This document shows positions 56,262 through 64,000 of a DNA stretch of 64,000 nucleotides, piece after piece. This DNA is from Alphaproteobacteria bacterium. Lineage in GTDB: Bacteria; Pseudomonadota; Alphaproteobacteria; Rhizobiales; TMED25. The notes beneath the pieces are model-generated. The model worked only from the letters and a program-made list of their open reading frames with translations, searched no databases and had not been told where the DNA came from. Both the position numbers and the translations under genes were made by a program. Where the stretch lies: the NCBI GenBank assembly GCA_045565315.1, contig JBJLFO010000001.1, positions 529,542 to 593,541 on the forward strand, read 5' to 3'. The stretch's first letter is position 1, and each line of letters opens with the position of its first letter.

Positions 56262-56967
56262 TATTCTCAATACTTATTCGAATTTCTTTTGCGGCTGATT
56301 TGGGATCTTTTGATCTAGTTAGTGGGCGCCCGATTATTAATATGTCAGCCCCATTTTTTACAGCTTCTTCTGGAGTCATTATCCTCTTTTGATCTTGCGA
56401 ATCAGCAATTCGAGGCCTTATTCCAGGAACTACTGTTAAGAATTCTTCACCACATATATCTTTTACTTTTTTAGCTTCATGTGGGCTGCATACAACTCCG
56501 TTTAGCCCACTTTTCAATGCTAGTTTAGCCAATTTTGTTACTTGGTTTTCAATATCTAATTTTAGTCCTTGTTCTTTAAAACTACTTTCATTCATACTAG
56601 TCAATATAGTAACGCCTACCAATAATGGCTTTTCATTTATTGATTCTTCTATTGCCTTCTTTGCTGAAAGCATCATTTCAGAGCCTCCAGTAACATGAAC
56701 ATTTAACATAAATGGTTCTAATGGAAGTAATGATTTTATGGCTGAATTTACAGTATTTGGAATATCATGTAGTTTTAAATCTAAAAAAATGGGAAGCTTA
56801 AGATCTTGAATTCTATTATAACCATCAATCCCCATAGAATAGAAACCCTCCATTCCAATTTTAACTCCATCAATATAATCTAAAATCGATTTTGTGAAAG
56901 ATACTGCAAGATCTGTATCTTTCATATCTAAGGCACAGAATATAGCATTTTTATCTTTAAAATTCAA
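56251..56967 (-). CDS. pyrF: Orotidine 5'-phosphate decarboxylase
   Basis: 238 aa. ALDMKD, DLKLHDIPNT and IGRPL blocks. TTG start is implied. Confidence 0.85.
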   Translation of the reverse strand: MNFKDKNAIFCALDMKDTDLAVSFTKSILDYIDGVKIGMEGFYSMGIDGYNRIQDLKLPIFLDLKLHDIPNTVNSAIKSLLPLEPFMLNVHVTGGSEMMLSAKKAIEESINEKPLLVGVTILTSMNESSFKEQGLKLDIENQVTKLAKLALKSGLNGVVCSPHEAKKVKDICGEEFLTVVPGIRPRIADSQDQKRIMTPEEAVKNGADILIIGRPLTRSKDPKSAAKEIRISIENNDN

Positions 56968-56986
56968 ATGAAGCCACCTAAACTAA

Positions 56987-57271
56987 TTATCTATTCTTGT
57001 TGATGCGTTCCTTAAGTTCTTTCCCCGGCTTATAATAGATTGATTTCTTACTTGGAACTTCGACTTTCTCACCATTTTTTGGGTTCCGTCCGATTCTTGG
57101 GCTTCTTTTTTTAATTGAAAAAGCTCCAAAACCTCTTATTTCCACTCTTTGACCCTCAGAAAGTGCTTCAGATATAGAGTTATAGAATACATCAACTACT
57201 TTCTCTATATCTCTATGATACAAATGAGGATATTCTTTTGCTAACTGATCTATCAACTCGGATTTTGTCAT
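56987..57271 (-). CDS. ihfB: Integration host factor beta subunit
   Basis: 94 aa. MTKSELI...IRGFGAF...GRNPKNGEKV...KPGKEL. Sits downstream of rpsA, as in the cmk-rpsA-ihfB arrangement. Confidence 0.8.
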   Translation of the reverse strand: MTKSELIDQLAKEYPHLYHRDIEKVVDVFYNSISEALSEGQRVEIRGFGAFSIKKRSPRIGRNPKNGEKVEVPSKKSIYYKPGKELKERINKNR

Positions 57272-57286
57272 TTGTTCCTTGCTCTA

Positions 57287-58225
57287 TTAAGTGGGATAAC
57301 GCCATACGGACACCAAACCATCCAAACTCATCAAAGATAGACTCTTTTGAAAGCCGTCTGGATATAATGATCGTATATTAAAATAATCCATTATTTTTGC
57401 AACACTTAGTTCAATAAAATTTAAACTATTTGGAATTTCATAGTCAATAATCATTAGATCAGGATCAATCTCTTTATTTTCAATTAGCCAGAATTTTGCC
57501 TCTCTCTCCCCACCAATTTGGTCTATTAACTTAAGATTATATGCCTGCCTTCCAGTAAAAACTCTGCCATCAGAAACCTTAGAAATCTGATATGGTTTTA
57601 ACTCTCTTCTCTCTTTTACAATCTTCATAAACCACCTGAAAGTATCATCTATAAGTTCTTGTGAAACTCTTTGTGTTATTTCATCAATCTCACCAAATAA
57701 ATCTGGTTCTGCTTTTAATTTTCCGCTCTTTATTTGATTCATGCTAATTCCAATTTTTGAGAGTCCCTCATCAATTCTTGCCCATTGAAATATGACACCT
57801 ACTGAACCTGTGATTGTATTTTCTCTTGCTAATATTTGATCTGTACCTAATGATATTAGATAAGCACCAGATGTTGCCATATTCTTCATAATTGTAATTG
57901 TAGGCTTTGTAATAGAAATTGATCGGAGCTTTAAATAAATCTCTTCAGCACTAACTGTTGTGCCTCCTGGACTCTCAATTGAAATAATAATTGCTTTTAC
58001 ATTCTCATCAAATTCTAGTTTCTCAAGATCATCTATTATATCTTCAGCATCAATTAACAAACCTGTAATATTATATTTTGCAATATGAGGTTTTGATGAA
58101 AAAGTATTTTCTGAATTATTAAAGATGATGTAAATAATACTGAATAAAGTGATCACAGAAAATGTTCGCCAAATGAATAAACTTTTACGATATGGCTTGA
58201 AATCTTTTTTATTTTTATAAATCAT
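57287..58225 (-). CDS. sppA: Signal peptide peptidase SppA (36K type)
   Basis: 312 aa. N-terminal TM, SPGG and MATSGAY serine-protease blocks. Confidence 0.8.
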   Translation of the reverse strand: MIYKNKKDFKPYRKSLFIWRTFSVITLFSIIYIIFNNSENTFSSKPHIAKYNITGLLIDAEDIIDDLEKLEFDENVKAIIISIESPGGTTVSAEEIYLKLRSISITKPTITIMKNMATSGAYLISLGTDQILARENTITGSVGVIFQWARIDEGLSKIGISMNQIKSGKLKAEPDLFGEIDEITQRVSQELIDDTFRWFMKIVKERRELKPYQISKVSDGRVFTGRQAYNLKLIDQIGGEREAKFWLIENKEIDPDLMIIDYEIPNSLNFIELSVAKIMDYFNIRSLYPDGFQKSLSLMSLDGLVSVWRYPT

Positions 58226-58293
58226 TTAATATCTTACTGAGTAACTTCCATTTTTGTAAGACATTAACGCAATAGCTATCTCGATAAAGTTTG

Positions 58294-60114
58294 CTATTCC
58301 TTAGTCTCTTCAGGTTTGTCTAGATCTTCTTTTTCAACAATCTTTTTAGCTGTTTTCTTTGCTTTCGGTTTAGTCTTTTCAGCCTTAGTTTCACTTTCCG
58401 CTTCGATAGGACTCTCTCCACTTAAACTTAGAGCTTCGCCCAATATATCACCGAGGGAAGCCCCAGAATCAGCGGATCCATATTGCTCGACTGCTTCTTT
58501 TTCTTGCTCAATTTGCAAGCTCTTTATGGATAATGTGAGCTTATTACTTTTAGCATCAATTTGTGTCACCTTTGCATCAACTAACTCACCAACTGCATAT
58601 CTTTCAGGTCTCTGCTCTGATTTGTCTACAGACAGATCAGATCTTTTAATAGATGAAGCTATACCATCTTTTCCTATTGTAACGTCTAAACCACCATCTC
58701 TAATCTGTGTAATATGGCAAGTTACAACATCCCCTTTCTTAATTTGTTTTAAACCAGAGAACGGGTCTTCTGAGAGCTGCTTTATCCCTAGGCTAATTCT
58801 TTCTTTTTCAACATCTATATCTAAAACTTTCACGTCTACCGTCTGACCTTTTTGATATTTTTCTAGTGCGGATTCTGATTTTTCATTCCAGTCGAGATCA
58901 GATAGGTGAATCATACCATCAAGATCTCCTTCTAACCCAATAAATAGACCAAACTCTGTTGAATTTTTTACTTCACCACTCAAAATTGAACCAATTGGAG
59001 AATTTTCAGCGAACTTGGCCCACGGATTCTCAACACACTGCTTCATTCCTAGAGATATTCTTCTTTTTTCATAATCAATTTCTAATATTACTACTTCAAC
59101 TTCTTGTGAACTTGAGACTATTTTCCCAGGATGTATATTTTTTTTTGTCCAACTCATTTCAGATACATGAGTAAGTCCTTCGATACCTGGCTCGATTTCA
59201 ACAAAAGCTCCATAATCTGTAATATTTGTTACACTTCCCTTTAAACGAGTATTTACTGGATATTTTTCTGACATATTTTGCCATGGATCAGCTTCTAGTT
59301 GCTTCATCCCTAAACTAACTCTTTTGCTTTCAGGGTTTATTTTAATTATTTGAACTTTTACAGATTGACCGATTTTCAGAAGATCAGAGGGATGTGTAAC
59401 TCTTTTCCAAGAGATATCAGTTACATGTAATAATCCATCCATACCACCCATATCAATAAATGCACCATAATCTGTGATATTTTTTACAATACCATCCAAA
59501 GTTTGTCCTTCTTCAAGACTATCTACCAGCTCTCTATTATGTTCACCTTTCGACTCTTCAATAAGTGCTCTTCTGGAAACAACAATGTTACCTCTTTTCT
59601 TATCCATCTTTAGGATTTGGAATGGCTGCATTACATTCAACATACCACCAACATCACGAACAGGCTTTACATCAACCTGACTTCCAGGAAGAAATGCAAT
59701 TGCACCATCTAGGTCAACTGTAAAACCACCTTTAACTCTTCCAAAAATTACACCTTCAACTTTTACGCCATCAGCGTGGAGCTTTTCAAGTTTATTCCAA
59801 CTTTCTTGTCTTTTAGCTTTTTCACGGCTTAGAACAGCCTCACCATTTGAATTTTCAACTCTATCAAGATAAACATCGACTGAATCACCAGTACTAGGAA
59901 GGTTAGTGCCAGCTGAAGATTTAAATTCTCTGACAGGGATCCGTCCTTCAGTTTTTAGACCAACATCAACAATTACAAAATCATTTTCAATTGCAGACAC
60001 TTTTCCTGTCACAACTTTACCCTCTTCAAGGTTTATTTTACTTAAACTTTCTTCAAGAAGGGCAGCAAAATCGTCTACACTTGGATTTAATTTCTCTAAA
60101 TCATTTTTTGTCAT
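58294..60114 (-). CDS. rpsA: 30S ribosomal protein S1 (with a K/E-rich C-terminal tail)
   Basis: 606 aa. Six S1 repeats (GxV...GAFV/GLxH motifs). Confidence 0.95.
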   Translation of the reverse strand: MTKNDLEKLNPSVDDFAALLEESLSKINLEEGKVVTGKVSAIENDFVIVDVGLKTEGRIPVREFKSSAGTNLPSTGDSVDVYLDRVENSNGEAVLSREKAKRQESWNKLEKLHADGVKVEGVIFGRVKGGFTVDLDGAIAFLPGSQVDVKPVRDVGGMLNVMQPFQILKMDKKRGNIVVSRRALIEESKGEHNRELVDSLEEGQTLDGIVKNITDYGAFIDMGGMDGLLHVTDISWKRVTHPSDLLKIGQSVKVQIIKINPESKRVSLGMKQLEADPWQNMSEKYPVNTRLKGSVTNITDYGAFVEIEPGIEGLTHVSEMSWTKKNIHPGKIVSSSQEVEVVILEIDYEKRRISLGMKQCVENPWAKFAENSPIGSILSGEVKNSTEFGLFIGLEGDLDGMIHLSDLDWNEKSESALEKYQKGQTVDVKVLDIDVEKERISLGIKQLSEDPFSGLKQIKKGDVVTCHITQIRDGGLDVTIGKDGIASSIKRSDLSVDKSEQRPERYAVGELVDAKVTQIDAKSNKLTLSIKSLQIEQEKEAVEQYGSADSGASLGDILGEALSLSGESPIEAESETKAEKTKPKAKKTAKKIVEKEDLDKPEETKE

Positions 60115-60134
60115 ATATTCAAAATCTCCAGTTA

Positions 60135-60758
60135 TTAATCGAATTTCATTCCTTTATGTATGTATTTTACAATAAAGTCAATTACATCGTCAATTTTCAT
60201 AGAAGTAGTATCAATTTCAACGGCGTCAATCGCACGTTTTAATGGAGCTATTTTTCTATTCATATCCCTCAGGTCCCTATCTTTTATATCGGTCTTTATG
60301 CTATTCCTATCTAATTTGATATTATCCTCTTTATACTGCAAATATCTTCTATTTGCCCTCTCCTCTAATGATGCCGTGATAAAAAATTTATAATCAGCGT
60401 TTGGAAAAATAATAGTACCAATATCTCTTCCATCAACTACACCACCATCAGAGGCAAAATTTCTCTGATAATCGATTAGAAGCTCTCTCAACTCTTTATA
60501 TTGAGATATAATTGACGCAGTATATGACACGTTACTATCTCTAATATCTAGAAGTTTTTTCTCGGAAAAATTTATCTCTTTGGAGGATTTAATTATGTTA
60601 TTTATATCATACGGATCTATATTATTTTCAATAATGTGATGAGCCGCCAACCTATACAAGCTTCCAGTATCTAAATGAGGTAGACTAAAATAATCAGCAA
60701 TTCTCTTGCTAATTGTACCTTTTCCACTTGCAGCGGGACCATCTATAGCAATAATCAT
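60135..60758 (-). CDS. cmk: Cytidylate kinase
   Basis: Start at internal ATG (MIIAIDGPAASGKGT; complement of 60756-60758). The longer track ORF would overlap aroA by about 85 nt. Confidence 0.9.
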   Translation of the reverse strand: MIIAIDGPAASGKGTISKRIADYFSLPHLDTGSLYRLAAHHIIENNIDPYDINNIIKSSKEINFSEKKLLDIRDSNVSYTASIISQYKELRELLIDYQRNFASDGGVVDGRDIGTIIFPNADYKFFITASLEERANRRYLQYKEDNIKLDRNSIKTDIKDRDLRDMNRKIAPLKRAIDAVEIDTTSMKIDDVIDFIVKYIHKGMKFD

Positions 60759-60762
60759 TTTT

Positions 60763-62112
60763 TTATATATATCGATAGGAACCACCAATTTGGCTATAAA
60801 TTTTTTCAAACTCCGGAAAACTTGTTGAAATTGGAGATATATCATCAATGCTTATTTCGTATTTTGAGTTCATACCCAAAATCATTGCAGCCATTGCAAC
60901 TCGATGGTCAAGATTAACTTTTATCGCCGAACCTCCTCGGACATTTTCATTAGCTTTTACAAGTAGATCATCTTCAACTTCTTGACAGCTCACACCCGAC
61001 AGATTTAGGAGGTCTTTTATGGCGTTAAACCTATTACTCTCCTTAACTCTTAATTCGGATAATCCACAAAAACGACTTTCACCTTCTGCATAAGCAGCCG
61101 CGATCGATAATGCGAGATACTCATCAATTAATGATGGTGCAACTTCTTTTGGAGTATGAATTCCCCTCAGTTTGCTAGACCTCACTTCTATATCGCATAC
61201 TTGTTCACCACATTTTACGTATTTATTTTTAAACTTTATATCTCCTCCCATCTCAATTAAATAGTCTATAAATAGTGACCTTGTGGGATTTAACATAATA
61301 TTATTTATAATTAACTTAGATTTCGGAACAATTAATCCAGCAACAATTAAGAAGGCTGCCGAGCTTGGGTCTCCTGGTATATCAAGTTCCTGAGCTTTTA
61401 GTTTTTTTTCACCTATTATCTCAATAAGATTATATCCTTCATTATTTCTTGTTACGCTAATATCTGCTCCAAATAATTCAAATAATCTCTCTGTGTGATC
61501 ACGTGTCATAATTGGCTCAACTATGGTTGATTTTCCTTTGATATTCAGTGCCGAGAACATAAGTGCTGATTTTACCTGTGCTGATGGAACTGTTATTTTG
61601 TGATTTATTGGAATGGACATTTTGGAGCCCCTAAGTCTAATAGGTAATTTACCTGAACTTTCATCTAAGATTTCCAAGCCCATTTCAGATAGTGGATTTA
61701 ATACACGACCCATTGGACGATTTGAGAGCGAATTATCTCCTTCAAAATTTACCTCCACTGAACAGCTTGACATTAAACCCATAAGCAACCTTGCTGAAGT
61801 TCCTGAGTTACCAAGGTAAATATTTTTACTTGGTTGAAATAGTCCACCAATGCCAATCCCGTATATGTTTACTGTGTTGTTTTCTTTATCTTCAATAATT
61901 TTCGCACCAAATTCTCGCATGGCATTTATAGTTATTGTTGTATCCTCTGATAAAAGCAAATTTTTTATCTTTGTTTCACCTACGCAAAGTGAACCTAACA
62001 TGATACATCTATGCGAAATAGATTTATCACTAGGCGTTTGGATTAACCCCTCAAGCGACTTAGAGTGTTTGACAAGTATAGCATTATTTTTGTTGTTTAT
62101 TTTCATGATCAT
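60763..62112 (-). CDS. aroA: 3-phosphoshikimate 1-carboxyvinyltransferase (EPSP synthase)
   Basis: 449 aa. PSDKSISHR, LGNSGTSARLL and DHRVAMA blocks. Confidence 0.9.
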   Translation of the reverse strand: MIMKINNKNNAILVKHSKSLEGLIQTPSDKSISHRCIMLGSLCVGETKIKNLLLSEDTTITINAMREFGAKIIEDKENNTVNIYGIGIGGLFQPSKNIYLGNSGTSARLLMGLMSSCSVEVNFEGDNSLSNRPMGRVLNPLSEMGLEILDESSGKLPIRLRGSKMSIPINHKITVPSAQVKSALMFSALNIKGKSTIVEPIMTRDHTERLFELFGADISVTRNNEGYNLIEIIGEKKLKAQELDIPGDPSSAAFLIVAGLIVPKSKLIINNIMLNPTRSLFIDYLIEMGGDIKFKNKYVKCGEQVCDIEVRSSKLRGIHTPKEVAPSLIDEYLALSIAAAYAEGESRFCGLSELRVKESNRFNAIKDLLNLSGVSCQEVEDDLLVKANENVRGGSAIKVNLDHRVAMAAMILGMNSKYEISIDDISPISTSFPEFEKIYSQIGGSYRYI

Positions 62113-62199
62113 GTATATATAGGAATAGATATTATAATACTACTGTATAGTATATATTAATAGAAACGACATACAAATAGAATAGAAAAAGGATTAGAA

Positions 62200-62664
62200 G
62201 TGGCTAGAAGCGAACTCGGAAATAAATATACTTGTCAAGTATGTAGTATGAAATTTTATGATTTAAATAGAGAACTATCGATGTGCCCGTGCTGTGATGT
62301 AAAAATTGCTGATGCCATAGGAAATATAAATGAGCCAAATCGATATGAGCCTCTAATATTAAAAAATAAATCAAAAAAAGATGCTGTTATTGAAAATATA
62401 GAAGAAGAAGAAAAACAAGTCGAAGCTCTTGATGAAAGTATCGATGTGGGTGTTATTGAAGACGAGGATAACCCAATACTTATGGATGACGAAGATATAA
62501 TCGATGATGAAAATGAGGATGAATTAATAAAGGGCGATGAAATCGATATACCTGAAATAGAGGCAGACGAATCATTGATTGATGGTGATGATGACTTCCT
62601 TGTTGAAGAAGATGACATAGAAGATCCTGAGTTAATTATCAAACCCAAATCTGAAGATGAATAA
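62200..62664 (+). CDS. TIGR02300-type (FYDLN_acid) zinc-ribbon protein with polyacidic tail, function unknown
   Basis: 154 aa. GNKYTCQVCSMKFYDLN...CPCC followed by about 90 aa of D/E/I-rich sequence. GTG start. Confidence 0.7.
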   Translation: MARSELGNKYTCQVCSMKFYDLNRELSMCPCCDVKIADAIGNINEPNRYEPLILKNKSKKDAVIENIEEEEKQVEALDESIDVGVIEDEDNPILMDDEDIIDDENEDELIKGDEIDIPEIEADESLIDGDDDFLVEEDDIEDPELIIKPKSEDE

Positions 62665-62682
62665 TTAGTTGGTTACAATTCA

Positions 62683-63318
62683 ATGAAGCCAATATATTGG
62701 AATGATGCAATTAGAAAATTAGGTGCATCCGACCCAATACTAAAAAAAATTATCGAGAAAAACCAAGATAAAGTCCTTACAACAAGAAGAAATGCCTTTG
62801 ATACACTTATTAAGGCAATTATTGGTCAGCAAATTTCTGTGAAAGCTGCAGAAAGTGTATACAATAAGTTAGTTGATCGAATTGGACCGAAAGTTAGTCC
62901 TAAAATAGTCCAAAGCTGTCAGAGAGAGACCTTGAAGCAAGTAGGCCTTTCACGGCAAAAAGTTGATTATATATTAAATATCTCTGAATTCTTCATTCAA
63001 AATCCTGACCTAGTATCAGATGAATATCTTGAAATAGCATCTATTGCTGATATCACAAATAATTTTATAAAAATAAAAGGAATAGGCTCCTGGACAGTAG
63101 AAATGTTCCTAATTTTCTATGCAATGAAGCCCGATATATTACCCCTAAAAGATATTGGTCTTTTGAACGCAATTAAAAATGTATATGATCTTCGTCAATT
63201 AAGTAAAGAAGATCAACTAGAAAAAATAGTTGAAATTTCTGACTGCTGGAGACCCTACAGAACTGTGGCAACTTGGTATCTCTGGCTCTTTATTGATGAT
63301 GAGCTTGTAGAATATTGA
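62683..63318 (+). CDS. HhH-GPD base-excision DNA glycosylase (3-methyladenine glycosylase II-like)
   Basis: 211 aa. IIGQQIS, HhH IKGIGSWTVEMFLIF and a downstream catalytic-type Asp (LPLKDIG). Confidence 0.75.
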   Translation: MKPIYWNDAIRKLGASDPILKKIIEKNQDKVLTTRRNAFDTLIKAIIGQQISVKAAESVYNKLVDRIGPKVSPKIVQSCQRETLKQVGLSRQKVDYILNISEFFIQNPDLVSDEYLEIASIADITNNFIKIKGIGSWTVEMFLIFYAMKPDILPLKDIGLLNAIKNVYDLRQLSKEDQLEKIVEISDCWRPYRTVATWYLWLFIDDELVEY

Positions 63319-63704
63319 ATTTTTTAATACAAAATAGATTAACTGTCCTAATTTTAATAGTTCTAAGTTTTAGTATATATTTTATTATTTCTACAAAAAC
63401 TATATGCGACGATCTAGATGGATTTACTAGAGAGGGAGTATTGTATCTTAAAGGATCAAACAAACCATTTTCAGGCAATAGCAGATGTATTTGGGATCTT
63501 ACAAATGTTACATGGTATGAAGGAAAATATATTGATGGCCTAAAAGAGGGCTTATGGAAGTTTTATAACCTAGATGAAACAAAAAGATCTGAGATTATGT
63601 ACCGTAGGGGTAAAATGAATGGCCCCAGGAATATATTTAATTCCAATAATGATGAAATAATCAAAATGAATTGTACGGATAATATATGTGAAACTGTTCA
63701 GTGA
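63315..63704 (+). CDS. Hypothetical membrane-anchored/exported protein with MORN-variant (YwqK-like) repeats
   Basis: 129 aa. N-terminal hydrophobic segment, then YEGKYIDGLKEGLWKFY / YRRGKMNGP repeats. Only a TTG start is available. Confidence 0.45.
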   Translation: MNFLIQNRLTVLILIVLSFSIYFIISTKTICDDLDGFTREGVLYLKGSNKPFSGNSRCIWDLTNVTWYEGKYIDGLKEGLWKFYNLDETKRSEIMYRRGKMNGPRNIFNSNNDEIIKMNCTDNICETVQ

Positions 63705-63770
63705 GTGATTGAATAAGTGATTGGTTGGTGTATGATTGAGTGTAGCAAATTCTAATAAAGGACAAAAAAA

Positions 63771-64000
63771 ATGGGTGAAAAGATTACTGACTATAAAATG
63801 ATAATAGACGGAGAATTTGTTGACAGTAAAAGTGGAGCAAAAATTCAAATTGAGTGTCCTTCAAATAAAGCTTTTTTTGCAACAGTTCCTAGAGGTGATA
63901 AGGAAGATGTTGATCTAGCTGTCAATTCTTCAAAGAAGGCATTTCAGAGTTGGTATAAAGTTATGCCAAAAGAGAGAGGTAAGATATTACTTCAAATTGC
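63771..64000 (+). CDS. Aldehyde dehydrogenase family protein, N-terminal part (runs off window edge)
   Basis: Own translation from ATG 63771: MGEKITDYKMIIDGEFVDSKSGAKIQIECPSNKAFFATVPRGDKEDVDLAVNSSKKAFQSWYKVMPKERGKILLQI, a typical ALDH N-terminus. Confidence 0.75.
   Translation, partial: MGEKITDYKMIIDGEFVDSKSGAKIQIECPSNKAFFATVPRGDKEDVDLAVNSSKKAFQSWYKVMPKERGKILLQI

Noticed and set aside
58316-58846. 176-aa plus-strand ORF, plus similar antisense ORFs at 9580-9939, 24151-24522, 20300-20692, 53454-53864, 62256-62648 and 41703-42116
   Set aside because: All lie fully inside, and antisense to, confidently identified genes (rpsA, ACAD, ffh, oxidoreductase, accD/trpA, acidic protein, chvG). They have low-complexity Ser/Leu/Ile-rich translations typical of shadow ORFs.
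1-64000. Search for mobile elements, prophage, toxin-antitoxin or defence systems
   Set aside because: No transposase, integrase, phage structural, restriction-modification, Cas, retron reverse-transcriptase or abortive-infection-like proteins were recognisable in any ORF. The only TA-flavoured hit (YwqK/MORN-like ORF at 63315) has no partner toxin.

Overview
This is a gene-dense, AT-rich chromosomal segment with almost no non-coding DNA and many overlapping start/stop codons. Gene content and order are alphaproteobacterial: ffh-rpsP-trmD, dapF-mtaB-ftsY, pckA/chvI-chvG/ahcY, tsaE-amgK-murU-trxA-folC-accD-trpABF, and pyrF-ihfB-sppA-rpsA-cmk-aroA. Together with the streamlining, this fits a SAR11/Pelagibacterales-like marine oligotroph; that assignment is an inference, not a search result.

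The window has two parts. (1) Positions 1 to about 21.3 kb form a visibly GC-richer catabolic accessory block. It holds three ThDP-dependent enzyme systems, an M24 hydrolase, a cyclase, an alpha/beta hydrolase, an EEH-type amidohydrolase/decarboxylase, a CMD protein, a zeta-like GST, an acyl-CoA dehydrogenase, a PotD-type ABC importer, a thiolase-fold protein with a DUF35 partner, a cupin, a Usp protein and a Gfo/Idh/MocA oxidoreductase. It contains no recognisable transcription factor. (2) Positions 21.4-64 kb are core housekeeping genes plus one tRNA-Arg(UCG).

I found no CRISPR array, transposase, integrase, prophage or recognisable defence system. The items most worth follow-up are:
- a ThDP enzyme + DUF35 + cysteine-less thiolase-fold module, a candidate C-C lyase;
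- a tandem pair of paralogous 2-TM mini-proteins with their own strong promoter, conserved SD and a 5' UTR hairpin;
- a PAS protein with a HisKA box in which the phospho-accepting His is Tyr and the ATP-binding boxes are degenerate;
- a near-perfect 57-bp in-frame tandem repeat forming an acidic tail on ribosomal protein S16;
- an sbmA/bacA ortholog translationally coupled inside the amgK-murU cell-wall recycling pair, followed by an ExoI-like gene where relatives carry addAB;
- an alphaproteobacterial SOS box between a Y-family polymerase and an unknown small gene.

All functional calls come from reading motifs by eye. No searches were run.
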